Origin: Phoronis australis
Taxonomy: Eukaryota > Animalia > Phoronida
NCBI GenBank assembly: GCA_002633005.1
Contig: NMRA01000468.1
Location: 186,001-250,000, forward strand
Length of the DNA: 64,000 nt
Direction: 5' to 3'
The translations under genes were made by a program, and so were the position numbers. The notes under the pieces were generated by a model. The model was not told the origin of the DNA and ran no database searches. It saw only the letters and a list, made by a program, of their open reading frames with translations. Positions 39,401-49,352 of the stretch are shown here, one piece after another; the stretch's first letter is position 1, and every line of letters starts with the position of its first letter.

Positions 39401-42400
39401 CTGAAGAGCACACAACACCCTTATGTCTCATTATAACGAGGTGTCCGCTGTGGTCATAACACAGTCAAGTACCTGGAACGTTCCTAGTCGTCTTCTGATA
39501 GTGGCCAGAGTTGTCGCAATCGAGCGCCCCCGGCAAACACTGTTCACCCAGAAAAGCAATGGAGCCAGCTTTGGTGAAGTAGAATTCTGGCGTGGGTTTA
39601 CCGCACGCCTGGCAGATCAGCTCCTTCTGTAGGTCGCCGCGGGTACCACTCTCGCCGTTCTCAGGATACTTAGTGATCTTTGGCGGAACTAAGGCACAAT
39701 GATAATAATTGCCCAAAAGGAAGGAAAATAACTGGAAGGCATTTTTAAGTTACTACGGTAACAAATGTTCAAACTTTTACCACATGATGCAAACTTACAA
39801 TGATGTATTCCTAAGTACTTCAGGCACTACATCAAACTTGCTACCATCACAGGTTTGAATAGGGCATTATCCACTCACGAAGAGAAGGTCAATTAATAAA
39901 CATGATAGTGAGATGTAGTGAGCAGACTTTTCTTACAATCAGGAATTTCAACCTTTAACTGTGTTGCTTAAACCACGCTGGTTACTTTAGTAAATTTCCC
40001 AAACAGCTGTTTTTGACAAAAAAAATAAACAAAATAAAATTCCACTTTTCTGCCATGTCGGGTCCTAAGCTAAAGAATTTTTGACCCAATGTGTAACAAT
40101 ATATTCAAGGTAATTTTCTCTATACTTCTTTGCAAGAGGGAAGCACTGTGTTGGCGCTGTACCAGTTGGGAATGGTAAAAAGTTGTGACACCAAATGGAG
40201 ACATCTTTGAACACTGAATATTCATACGCACATGTCGGGCATGAGCCTATGGCCAAACTGTATCACAAGACAAAGGGCAATCAACAAAACCAAGTACCAC
40301 TTTCAGAAAATTGTGTAAAAATGCTTTTGCGAATTCTGACTACGCAGGCTAGCAGCAGGGCAAAATGACATTTGTTGTACGTTGAATATGTTGAACAATA
40401 CTTTTGACACCATGCAAAACAAATGAAGAATCCGATCTTGTTACGCCACTGGTGCGCCTACTTACTGTACACCTCCACTGTGATGCGCAGTGAGGGAGAT
40501 CCCTCGGTAGAGATATCATCAAAGGGAAATGCACTGCACTTGTACGAGCCCTCGTCAGCCATCGTCACATTACTGAACTTCATCTCGGTACCCACCAGCT
40601 GGATGCGATCTGAACAACAAGTAGGGAATAACAGAACACAATATGAATATTGCGAACATTGTGAACACTGAACACTGTGAACATTCTGAGCATTATGAAA
40701 ATTGTGAACATTATGAACATTGTGAACATTATGAAAATTGTGAACATTATGAACATTGTGAACATTATGAACATTGTGAACATTATGAACATTGTGAACA
40801 TTATGAACATTGTGAACATTATGAACAAGAAACGAGGCCAAGATGAGATCCCACAGGTAAAAGCATGGAGATAGATTGGAGGTCTTAGGTTTGACATCTC
40901 ACTCTACATAACCAGTATGCTTATGCATCTCCTGCTTAAATGCATACTGAAACCCTCACAACACGCTTGCAAGTCATGAGAAATTTTCAAATGCTGCAAA
41001 TCAGATCAGTCATCTTAGAGATACGCTGTTCCAGAGTTAGCCAGTTTTGGACACTTTTCTAAGATTCCACATGACATCATGCGTTTCAAGGGAAACGAGC
41101 AAGAGCAAAAACTGTACCAGAGGAACCGAGTGGCTCATATATCCCTTGGTCATTCAGTCGAGCCCACGTGATTTCAGCTTGTGCGGTCGTCTCACAATTG
41201 ATACTGCCAGGCTGATGAATAAACATGAGTTGCTTCTCCTTTGACGTGATCTTCAATTCGACTGAAGAAGAGAAGAAAGGACACATTTACTGCGGTGCGA
41301 AAGGACATATGAGAACACATTAAAACTGCTCTTAAATTTCTTTTGCCAAGAAAGCTGCTAGCATTTATAAGCTGCTCCCAACTCTACTCTCGCTGTCGTT
41401 AATATCGTGGTTTAAACAACTGGGAGTAAATTCACCGCCACGATAACGCTGATCTGGCTGAATGTGAGTGGTCACACCAAAGATGAACTGCTTGCAATCA
41501 CTAAAGACTATTACTCCAAATTGAGGGATGAAGTTATGTATGGGGCTCTATCCAGGAGTATGTACAAACTAGGCAGCTTAAGTTGATGCAAAATAATGAT
41601 CCCCAATGTTTTTCTCAGACCCTGCCCAAAATGCTCACAGCGTTGACCACCCATTCCCAAATTGAATATCGAAACAAAATAATGTTTCCTCAACAGGTCT
41701 CTCAAAAACTGAAAATAATTTCACACTTCGTATTCCGGTTCTGTCAGACATGAAACAAATTCATGGCAGGTCAAAGCTTTTGGGGGGACCTGAGCTAGAT
41801 TCAGTTTGGGGGACAATTTCGGTACAGGCTGCACTTATCTCTCATTGTTTCGCGTCTCCTGTGTCCACTTACATTGAACGTTCCTAAAACAGAACTCGGC
41901 TAAGTTCTCTAAATCTTCTGTGTATTTGTCTCGTTCCTCACTGATTAACGTTATCGTTTTCTATCATTTTATCTTTATTGCGACCTCCAATCTGACTACT
42001 GACAGTTTCCAATGACATAACTAAAATTGAACTAAGACTTAGTTAGGGGCATTGCAAAAAGGTTTCTACTTATTTTAAATGACATTGAGAACTCAATATA
42101 GACTTACTTCACTCTCGATTTGTATCGAAACCAAAAATTGACTTGGCATGTTATAAAACAAGAACAGCACAAGAAAAGTCAATCGACAAATAAGCAGAAG
42201 ACTTAGGGTATTTTAAATGAGCGCCTATTCGGGACTGTTTTATGCAACCAGGCACAGGAGATCTGAAACAACGATCCCCTCACCAGTTACTAATATTGAC
42301 TACTGAAGACCAATGGACGTGTGGCATGAAACCAAGCTTTCGAAGAAACAACACTAAAGAAATTCAAAAAGTACTTGACAAAACCGCTAACTACTAATAT

Positions 42401-43752
42401 TAAAACTGTTACAATGGAGAACGTTTGGAACTATAATCTGACACACGTGGAGAAAAACATTTGCAAGACCCACTTAATAAAAATAATAGTTATCTTACCT
42501 TTAGCTCTAATCTGTATGGTTGCTTCAACTGGGTCTACACCCGGTCGAATCCCAATGCATTTATAGATGCCAGCTTCACCTGCTGAGAATTTCTTGAACT
42601 TGAGATAAGACTTTGAGCCGACTTTTACCTGGTACACAGTTCTTGAAAGCAAGAGAAAAAAATGGAAATTAGTAATGACTAAAAGGGGTTTCAGATTTTG
42701 AGAACCAGTTTCCCCCACTGAATAATGGCACCAAACTGGTTCTCAAAATCAAAGAACGGTGTGAGAAAAACTAGTGCTTAAAATTTTACGACGACTCTGC
42801 TCATGAAATTATCTTAAGAATATATAGAGCATCATGAAGAAGCAGAATACCAACAAAACTATAGATTTAATGCAGTACAAGTATAGATCTTTTGAAAGTG
42901 GGAATCTTGTAAAATTCAATTTTTGACTTCTTGCCAATCTCCCATTAATTGTGCCACACAATTATGTCTTTTCAGTAAAATTTCATACCAAAATATCAGT
43001 AAGATAACCAAATAACATTTGATAAAAATATTCAAGGTAAAATCTCGCTAACGCCGTTACAGTTTTCTAAATTATTTCATTTCGGTATGATGCATTTTTT
43101 TTAGTTTTGATGAAGATTGCACAAGTCCTATTTTTGAAAAGCCCTGAAAGTTACGTACATGTATATAACTGATCAGCCATTTCTGGGACTGTTCCGCACT
43201 TAGCCAAATTTGGACACTTTTCAAGGAGCCTACAAAACCTCTAGTCACACACTAAATGTAAAAACATCCAAAGTAATTTAGCTCTAAAATCTTTGCCCAT
43301 CTCGATGTGCAACAGAACTTTTTTAAAGCAGTAGCTTGGCCCGTTTCAAGGACAAAGAAACGAGTCACAATAGGCAGCCAAGCTCGTGAAACGTAATTTC
43401 TATTTTGACTACAACGATGCCAATCTCTGAGCAGACAACACTCCAACCGGAAAAGAGCCGTTGCATTTTCACAACTCGATGAAGAGCAAACTTAAAATGG
43501 GTGGTTAGTTAGCAGACAAAAGCTACAAGAGCAATGTGAAACACGTCCACGCAAGCAACACAAATGTTATGCTTCTACAGGTGTTCAATGATACACACAA
43601 TACTTACATATCTTGACTGTCACTGGCAGCCACATCTACACCATTCCTCTGCCATCTGATATCTTGTATATTTGTACCATCTTCCTTCACACATTTTACA
43701 CTGGATTCTTCACCCAGGGTGACGAACTTCTCATTTTCGGGGTCGATTTTAA
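9209..43752 (-). CDS. NCAM: NCAM/Fasciclin II-like cell adhesion molecule, transmembrane isoform (5 Ig + 2 FN3 + TM + cytoplasmic tail); 19 exons, 5'-partial
   Basis: Exons 43608-43752, 42499-42641, 41118-41261, 40466-40609, 39473-39688, 37463-37621, 36930-37081, 36329-36500, 35545-35750, 34632-34737, 33913-34071, 32104-32235, 30630-30757, 29425-29593, 15431-15662, 14857-14928, 13765-13821, 9885-9942 and 9209-9307 all have GT/AG boundaries with matching phases and join into one open frame. Each domain is split over two exons, as in NCAM. The juxtamembrane DVTCYFRNQCGLLMCICVSCCGK resembles vertebrate NCAM1 DITCYFLNKCGLFMC. Confidence 0.93.
9885..9942 (-). CDS. NCAM: Cytoplasmic exon (EKKDPEKDEDSKALVDEKA)
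   Basis: atttatag acceptor and gtaagt donor; phase 2 to 0, which bridges to the last exon. Confidence 0.85.
11046..11262. mobile_element. Older, shorter relative of the CAGGGCTTGGAAT MITE family, opposite orientation to the 56307 copy
   Basis: caaggcttggaatga...gaaaattccaatccctg; internal sequence shared with 1938-2177. Confidence 0.7.
13686..13750. repeat. ~20-bp minisatellite (GACAGGGGTTAGGGACAGA-like), ~3 copies
   Basis: Direct tandem repeat starting ~15 nt past the 13765 donor. Confidence 0.75.
13765..13821 (-). CDS. NCAM: Cytoplasmic 57-nt symmetric exon (KKEALPEDEEAQPLKPEQ)
   Basis: ggtttacag acceptor and gtaaga donor; phase 2/2. Confidence 0.8.
14857..14928 (-). CDS. NCAM: Cytoplasmic 72-nt symmetric exon (EGESGQPAEQQVLTVSENPEADAE)
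   Basis: ccattgtag acceptor and gtaagc donor; phase 2/2; acidic like the rest of the tail. Confidence 0.72.
15431..15662 (-). CDS. NCAM: NCAM-like transmembrane exon (GDGGDTKPSTAKGGLSTGVIIVIVIILFVIILIIIDVTCYFRNQCGLLMCICVSCCGKKPP...KMEEGQG)
   Basis: ctctctgcag acceptor and gtacgt donor; hydrophobic TM followed by an NCAM-type Cys cluster (palmitoylated in NCAM1); phase 1 to 2. Confidence 0.95.
18156..18511 (-). CDS. NCAM: Candidate Thr-rich mucin-like alternative exon (...TTSTTTTAATTTTRAATTTTRATTTRKVDGVTKTGKQDVPTG...); boundaries uncertain
   Basis: Open frame with an in-phase but weak acceptor gggttag|AA at 18511. It could end at a weak donor (ACAG|gtggca, ~18313) or read to the stop at 18156. 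It could instead be a non-coding (CAA)n-type microsatellite. Confidence 0.4.
18890..18913 (-). CDS. NCAM: 24-nt phase-1/1 microexon (DTTSENPT) in the extracellular stalk
   Basis: Acceptor ctactatttcctag and donor CCG|gtaagt; frame-preserving; S/T-rich. Confidence 0.6.
18918..18960. repeat. 13-bp tandem repeat (GAAATAGTAGTGT) x3
   Basis: Direct repeat forming the acceptor region of the 24-nt microexon. Confidence 0.85.
19482..19508 (-). CDS. NCAM: 27-nt phase-1/1 microexon (EPYVSTSVP) in the extracellular stalk
   Basis: Acceptor tgcctcatttcacattccag and consensus donor CAG|gtaagt; frame-preserving; S/T/P-rich. Confidence 0.65.
21665..21771 (-). CDS. NCAM: Alternative terminal exon encoding a GPI-anchor signal (DSNSGKVGAVGAAVTYRPSHHAIVLVLFVTLILFS*)
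   Basis: Strong acceptor catttctcttgtag in phase 1, matching the FN3-2 donor. Small residues, a polar spacer, then a ~14-residue hydrophobic tail ending at TAA. NCAM-120, FasII and apCAM have known GPI isoforms. Confidence 0.82.
21827..22186. mobile_element. MITE-like element bounded by perfect 21-bp inverted repeats (TTTTCAGCATAGAATGAAGAG)
   Basis: 21827-21847 is the reverse complement of 22166-22186; flanks acacccatt / acaccatt resemble a degraded TSD. Confidence 0.65.
23185..23280 (+). repeat. Dispersed repeat fragment shared with 49353-49441
   Basis: acaatgaaaaatt...ttgctcaaggttgg...ccaaatttta...taggcaatat...tgtcccaaa(t/c)tcaaga is present at both loci. Confidence 0.65.
29425..29593 (-). 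CDS. NCAM: NCAM-like exon, FN3-2 C-half (VGSTKK...LKNLLPDTEYEVTIVAENGMGKSAKQTTPFKFRTMA)
   Basis: ctttcag acceptor and gtaagt donor; LLPDTEYEV...AENxxGKS motif; phase 0 to 1. Confidence 0.93.
30630..30757 (-). CDS. NCAM: NCAM-like exon, FN3-2 N-half (EKPSVVKIVSPTKSTYSKSYTLRWNLPSDGGDKVTAFHIELKE); absent from the ORF track
   Basis: gtgttgcag acceptor and gtagga donor; LxWxxPxDGG FN3 motif; phase 1 to 0. Confidence 0.92.
32104..32235 (-). CDS. NCAM: NCAM-like exon, FN3-1 C-half (AQGTSQELVIENLQPSTSYTLEVLSRNAAFRGKPFTLSTKTAEI)
   Basis: ctttccag acceptor and gtgagt donor; LxPxTxY FN3 tyrosine corner; phase 1 to 1. Confidence 0.92.
32624..33461 (-). mobile_element. Non-autonomous Helentron-associated element (HINE / DINE-1 / pearl-like), copy 1, with internal ~145-bp repeats
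   Basis: Subterminal inverted repeat ATGCGCCCA/TGGGCGCAT, terminal hairpin cgtccacata..tatgtgggcg, (GGAC)n microsatellite, short IR caacgc-gga-gcgttg and A-run flanks. Homologous to the copy at 37664-39238. Confidence 0.8.
33913..34071 (-). CDS. NCAM: NCAM-like exon, FN3-1 N-half (VEPSPPVVSENVDKKSPRTISLSV...YIVKYGEDREQKFPF)
   Basis: tatttcag acceptor and gtaagt donor; PSPP FN3 start and YIVKY strand; phase 1 to 1. Confidence 0.88.
34514..34593. repeat. ~21-bp C-rich minisatellite (TCCCCACCAACCCCTCCCACR) x4
   Basis: Direct repeat; G-runs on the minus (transcribed-sense) strand. Confidence 0.85.
34632..34737 (-). CDS. NCAM: NCAM-like exon, Ig5 C-half (VFGKGDKDDQVYGTYTCNATNSMGTSSHTIEMVQA)
   Basis: tatttcag acceptor and gtaagc donor; YGxYTCxAxNxMG motif; phase 0 to 1. 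Confidence 0.93.
35545..35750 (-). CDS. NCAM: NCAM-like exon, Ig5 N-half (YKPEVDASKSDKKVFNWLGNKANMTCVFDAEPPLTEMKWIKNG...NGSLE); absent from the ORF track
   Basis: ctcttacag acceptor and gtgaga donor; WxGNxxNxTC is typical of NCAM Ig5; phase 1 to 0. Confidence 0.93.
36223..36303. repeat. 15-bp minisatellite (RGAAGCCGATATCCC) x5
   Basis: Direct repeat; accounts for the GYRLL/SRYPR repeats in the ORF track. Confidence 0.9.
36329..36500 (-). CDS. NCAM: NCAM-like exon, Ig4 C-half (SDARICVTD...KLTITGLKKTDKANYTCIAVNKGGSMLRNGSITVN)
   Basis: tttttcag acceptor and gtaagt donor; DxAxYTCxAxNxGG motif; phase 0 to 1. Confidence 0.93.
36757..36812. repeat. Copy of the ~57-bp palindromic dispersed repeat
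   Basis: attttgtgaaccagtttgatgcatgttattcagtggagaaaacaggttttcaaaat. Confidence 0.75.
36930..37081 (-). CDS. NCAM: NCAM-like exon, Ig4 N-half (DPPTIREFVNKTANVGDSTDLICRVDG...TKGCQA)
   Basis: ttttaccag acceptor and gtaagt donor; PPTI...GDSxxLIC pattern; phase 1 to 0. Confidence 0.92.
37463..37621 (-). CDS. NCAM: NCAM-like exon, Ig3 C-half (GQPMCREGVLAVNNLQSADTADYTCRALSSYG...FKFEVI)
   Basis: tgttgcag acceptor and gtaact donor; DTADYTC motif; phase 1 to 1. Confidence 0.92.
37664..39238 (-). mobile_element. HINE / DINE-1 / pearl-like element, copy 2, with an expanded internal tandem array
   Basis: Same termini, microsatellite and hairpin as copy 1; about 10 internal ~145-bp units arranged as an A-B-C higher-order repeat. 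Confidence 0.82.
39473..39688 (-). CDS. NCAM: NCAM-like exon, Ig3 N-half with Cys-containing insert (PPKITKYPENGESGTRGDLQKELICQACGKPTPEFYFTK...NVP)
   Basis: gccttag acceptor and gtactt donor; PPKIT...LICxAxGxPxP I-set pattern; phase 1 to 1. Confidence 0.9.
40466..40609 (-). CDS. NCAM: NCAM-like exon, Ig2 C-half (DRIQLVGTEMKFSNVTMADEGSYKCSAFPFDDISTEGSPSLRITVEVY)
   Basis: gttgttcag acceptor and gtaagt donor; DEGSYKC motif; phase 1 to 1. Confidence 0.92.
40643..40827. repeat. 9-bp minisatellite (TGAACATTR)n with an 18-bp higher-order unit, ~20 copies
   Basis: Direct repeat; accounts for the HNV/EHC/FTM repeat ORFs. Confidence 0.92.
41118..41261 (-). CDS. NCAM: NCAM-like exon, Ig2 N-half (ELKITSKEKQLMFIHQPGSINCETTAQAEITWARLNDQGIYEPLGSS)
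   Basis: cttcttcag acceptor and gtacag donor; Ig core Cys and Trp; phase 1 to 1. Confidence 0.9.
42499..42641 (-). CDS. NCAM: NCAM-like exon, Ig1 C-half (TVYQVKVGSKSYLKFKKFSAGEAGIYKCIGIRPGVDPVEATIQIRAK)
   Basis: ctttcaag acceptor and gtaaga donor; ExGxYxC motif; phase 2 to 1. Confidence 0.9.
42694..42750. repeat. ~57-bp palindromic dispersed repeat (18-bp stem GATTTTGAGAACCAGTTT)
   Basis: Perfect 18-bp inverted repeat with a 21-nt loop; other copies at 915-969, 36757-36812 and 62146-62201, partial copy at ~11425-11460. Confidence 0.8.
43608..43752 (-). CDS. NCAM: NCAM-like exon, Ig1 N-half (KIDPENEKFVTLGEESSVKCVKEDGTNIQDIRWQRNGVDVAASDSQD)
   Basis: ttttccag acceptor and gtaagt donor; Ig B-strand Cys and C-strand Trp; phase 1 to 2. 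Confidence 0.9.
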
Positions 43753-46700
43753 CTGGAAAAGCCAACAAAACAGATGTTAAGGGTAAATTACTTCTCACAG
43801 CCACTAACAACAGTAATAAGTCAATAATTATTAACTTATTACAGTCTATTCAATCTCAGACAGTGGAACTTGTCAGAAGGCGAAATTGACTAATTTTTCC
43901 TTGAAGAAAAAGACATTTTTCGTCCCGAAATCATTCCCATATTTTATGTACTAAAGGACCAAATTTTTGTTTTACCTTCAAAAATATTTAAGTAGCCCCA
44001 AATCCCTAAACGTTGAAAATGATTTCTCAGGAGAACAAACCGAAGACATTCTCCTGGCAAGTACTGAACAATTCAGTGACAAGACTTTCAAAACACATTG
44101 CCCCCAGTCAAAATGACACAATGAGAATGAGCCAACATGGCAAGTTAGTTAAACATGTCCTAATTGGGAAGACAGCACACTTCATTTTACACCTCCCCAT
44201 CAACAGAGTTTGACTAAGATTCCCCACACCCACTACCATTCCAGCCATGTGATTGGGCGTAACAGGAGATTGACTGAATCGAAGACTGTATCTGAACAGG
44301 TAAGGAAAGAATAAACGACAGGTACTCATTTATTGGCAGGCAAGAGGAGCAGGGTCTGAATATTCAGAGTTGAGAAAAAACTTCTCATTAAAAAGTTGCG
44401 AAGAACTGCTGTACCAGCTTTTCAGTGAATAGGTCTCTTTGCAAAATGCTTGCCAGGTGGCAGCACATGATTCACTGTTACATACAACACATCAGTAATT
44501 CATGTTTTTACTGAAAACACCTCACACCATTCACGTAGGCTTCAGAACACAAACTTTAGAAGGTAAAACGACTTGACTTCTTCTACCATGACCTCTCGTA
44601 CAAAAGCAGAATAGAATGGGCGAACACATAATTACAACCAACTGACTTAACTATTTTTTGAGTAAGTAGACATTCTTTGCGAGTTCTAAAGGTCATTTAC
44701 AATGTGAAAACAAAGACTCCACCATCTGAATACCTGCTTAAAATGATATTTACACAGCATGTCCGAGGACCACATGACAAGCTTACAGTTGAGCGACACA
44801 CTGCAAGAATGTTTTTAATATCACCAAGTTTAATTGTCTACTAATCTGAAAAGCCAACTAGTTGGCTAACATATTCACAGAGACATGGGTTTCATATGCA
44901 CTGCCCCCTCTTGGAGCTTGCACAGACCGGCACCACTTTTAGTGTTGTCATGGAAAATACAATTTTCAATCAATGACATTTAGCCCAGATATCGGTCAAA
45001 ACCAACACAGCCACCAACCAGCTGATTTAGACAAAGGTTTAGGAGTTAACAATATTAGATGGAGCTGTAGACAGTCTCCAGAACATTCTTTCTGTACCAC
45101 AATGGTACACATGGGAGGTATTCACAAGGCATGAGTTAGATGGTTAAGGCAAACTACCTCACAAAGATGGGGGGCATGGAATTCATGTCTTGTGCTTAGC
45201 ACATGATCAGTGCACTCTAGAAAAGCAGAAAACTGGCTGATTAATGCAAGCCTTTAAAGTAAAGAATCTTTAATCAAGATTTAAACACGCAGGCTGAGCA
45301 TCCGGTTTAAATTTCCATGTGGAGTTCCAAGCAATCAAGCTCCAGAAAGGCTATAAAATAAATGTCAATATAGTTCATGTTTGTTTTAATTTTGATACCC
45401 CTGAAATGTCACAGGACTCAAAGGTATCCTCTGGTGCACAAATCCGATTCAGTCAACAAAGTTGGAATCTAAACGTTAATCTCGCAAGCAAAAACTTTTT
45501 TTTCAAAATTTCGAAACTTGGAACAAAAGCACGATCTTTATAGTTTTGTGCATGTTTAACTCAAATCCCTTCAACTGCTATACACCCTGTCTCCAATAAA
45601 ATGTCAGTTTTGACAGAAAACTCCTCCTTCTCAAAGTCAAATCAGTTAAACAATTACATAGAACTAATGGAGTGATTTGTCGTCAAGTAAAAGTATTAAT
45701 AACGGCCATTTTCCGACACAGCCCCCAACAAGATGAATTTAGCCGCATCACTAGATGGCGATAAAGTAGTTGGTGGATTAAACACAGTCGCATTTCTCAC
45801 TTTGTGCTTTCAATGGTACTGTTGTGTAATAAGGATATTCAAATGACCAATGCAAAAAAGTCCCATCCCAAAATGTCAGTGAAAAAAGAAATTGTGTTTC
45901 GTCTTGCGGCGCAGCAGAAGTAGAAACTGGGTCAGGCGAAAGAAAGTAAGTGATTGGAGCTTAGAGTAATTATTCAAAATGGAGTTATTCAACCAAAAGC
46001 AGTCTGTAATGACTGTAATGTACATTTACCCAGACTGGACCATGTGTAAAAATTATTGAAAGTTGGGTCCACTCCAACTCAACACAGTTTTAACTAATCC
46101 ACAATTTTAATTAGTAAATAATCACTACCATTTATGTTGCTTAGACCGAGAGCTAGGCATGCTTTAGTATAAACAGTACAATAACGCATACAGGTGAGAG
46201 ACATAAGACACTGAATGTTACAGAGAGTTAATGGACCTACATAAAGTTTTACATTCCCTAAAAGACTGGATGGCCACAAAGTGATAAATTATTTAGAACC
46301 TCAGTCGGCACTCTCAACATTCCTGGCCAACATCAGTATGAATAATTAATCAAAGCCTTTTTAATCTTTAAGTGAGAGATTACGTCAACTCAGTGACCTG
46401 CACAGCCATTAAGTGGGACGAAAATAAAACAACATTAAGCAAGACAAAAAAACAATGTTTTAGCTCTTATGCCATACAATTATCTAATGTTATTGGCGGG
46501 TTTCAAAAATATAAGGTAACAGATGTTCCTGTGCATGTTGATACACTTATTTGGAATTAACTTTGTCATATTTGGAATGGATGATGAATAGTGCTTGTGT
46601 ACTGCCACATTTAAATCAAATGTAAAACAATGAACATTTCAACATTCCAGCCTAGCTCCGTGTTCAAACTCATTTTAACCTTTGTGTTTCACCAAGGTCA

Positions 46701-49352
46701 AACAAAATCTAATCTCTGTACTCAAACCTGAACTTCAAGCTAGAATTTGTAGAGCTCCTACGTTCTAATCAAGACTGAACTTGAATAGAGCACTCATCCA
46801 CGTAAAACAGAATGCACGCAAGCACAAGATAAAAAAACGCATATCTAAAATTCATATCCAAGTACAACGTAAGTAGACCACAAATAGGGAGCTGGAATTT
46901 GAGTTTGAGATCGGAATCTGTACTCCAATCTAGGTTTTGTTTCAGAAGCAAGTCCCGTGTACTGTGGTTGAAAACAGTTTTGATGCGAATTGTACAAAAA
47001 ATACAGACAATTCGTTTGATCACAGGTCAATTACTTCTCGTCAATGATTTGTCATAGACTTGATGAATTAATGAACGCTTGCACTACATCTTGCAAGCAC
47101 GGGGAATAGACAAATTCAGTGACCTGTATAAAAACATAATGCCTTGCCAACAAGGCGAGACAGGCATCGCTTGTATTTGTTCTGAACGCCGTGAATGTAT
47201 TTCTACATCAAGTGAGTCATCCAACACGACATTGATTTTTCAACAGACTTTTTTCAGTATCAACCTTATAAGGAAGTATTGCCATGGTGACCTTCATATG
47301 CACAGAGCTATCTGAATGTCTGATAGGCAGTGGAAGTGCACCTCTCACCAACTGCACTTTGTTTATATAATATAATATATTGTCTCTACAACTCCAGCAT
47401 GACTGAACCACTGTATTACAAGGCTAATCACAGCATAACTCCATTATGAAAATCACTTTATCCAATAAGCCTCAAGTCACTACCATTAGGTAACTCTGAG
47501 TTGATGGACCAAGAGACATAGCTCTACCAACTCTTCCAAACTTCCACGAAGTCCAGACTAGCCTTCAAAAATTTTGGGCAAACAAGACTTCAGTTTCATG
47601 GGGTTCAAGAAAGCAGTCCAGAAATCGTTACACTGTATTCTACCTAAAATTTCAGACACGAAAATCATTGCTATATTGTAAATATGTCCACTTTTCACAT
47701 TGTTTACGTGTGCAAAATTTTGTCAAAGTTTTTATTAAAAGAAATATCTAGAGGCTACGTTAATGCTGTTATTTTTGTTCAGAAATTTGACAAACTAAAG
47801 TACCATGCGTCAGTCATGTTGTGTATTAAATTGAAAACATGACAAAAATTATATTAGAAATGAGGGAAATCAGACAGTTCTGTTATACGTGGGAAGAACA
47901 AGATAAGCAAGAAACTGGTGATTTTAGTTCCTCAGTTTTACTTCTTATCAACATTGTATCCATGGTGATGCACCTATAAATTCAATAGACATATTCCTTA
48001 GCTTAATTGCCTCACATGACAGAAACACAGCCTCGGACAAACACAGCAGAGTGAAGCGACAATCTTGAATGACAGGATTATGGTAAAAAATGAAGATAGT
48101 CATCTCAACTCTCAAAGCCCAACCAACACATCAACTCTACGTTATACCTTATCCATCACATTTTGTCCCATTTTTTCATTCTGAAAATGCACCAAAAAAC
48201 TGCCAGCTGCCGAGGCAACATGCATTTTTTACCCTCTGAAGGACCTGCACTGGGAGCCACCATTTAATAACCAAATGACAGGCCATTTTCACACTATTCA
48301 GCACAGGATGTTTACAAACCATGATGGGTATAGTTTACAATCAATCACCACTCATAACATGTTACTGGATTGCTTCAACAAAAAGCAGCCAACAAACCTT
48401 GCAACTGTAGGATTTCAGACAGACTTCTAGCTACTTAAGACTGTAGAAAAATGTCACACTTTGACTACATTCACAGCATCCTATTTCGGATACCCATGCT
48501 CAGAGTCAGATCAAACTTTCATATACTGTGCTTTATTCACTATTCTCTGAAATGGTGTTTGGAAATGTTTTCAAAGTACTCCACTTTTGCGTTAGGGGGC
48601 TCTTGTGATTTTCAAGAAAAAGGCGATATGTTAGAAAACTGTAAGATCTAATCTTGAACATTGATATCAAATGAATGCTATCAAGACACCGTGATATCTA
48701 ACCAAATTAATGGCAGATTGGTAAAACGACAAAAATTAAATTCTGTAGTACTTTCACTTTCAGAAAATATATCCTTTACCAAGATGAAATTCAGTTCTGT
48801 AGGCGTTCGATTAAATACATAGATTTGTCAATAAGGTCCTGCAAAGCCTTAACAAGTCACTCTAAGAAGCCATGAACATTGTTGGACTGTTTTTTCACAC
48901 AACCAAACAGCTGGGAATTTTATAAATTACCTTGGTTGCCTTATGCAGGCCATAAATTGCCTGTATTCACCGAAAGCACACGAATACTGAATGAAAAAAG
49001 GTGCAAATATTTCTTCAAGATGAATGAACAGTATGAATGTATTGAATTTACTTCAATACTGTCTGGGTGTTGCTCAAATTTGAGTAAGCCATCTCAATGC
49101 TATGTTCTATGGAAATGAAAAATCAAACGTTTGTTTCAGCTGTAACAGAAAACCTCCAGACCCAATGAAGGACAAAGCTGTCAAGACATTTAGACAAAGC
49201 GACACCAAAATGGTCCAAAGTAACCTTTGCTCTCATAAGAATTCACTAGTCTGTGCGCATGAGCAAACAATACAACCTAACAAACCTCCATCATTCTAAC
49301 TTTTTGGGTTTAAAACTTGCGATGAGATTACAGTGAAAATTCTCTAGTTTGG

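Noticed and set aside
40580-40897. Repetitive ORFs (HNV, EHC/EHY, MFI/MFT) and possible CRISPR-like periodicity
   Set aside because: Translations of a 9-bp intronic minisatellite; no unique spacers, and the context is eukaryotic.
46769-46856. Signal-peptide-like ORF MNFRYAFFYLVLACILFYVDECSIQVQS as NCAM exon 1
   Set aside because: No GT donor in phase 1 after the hydrophobic stretch to match the Ig1 acceptor, and the frame stops. Not fully excluded without transcript data.
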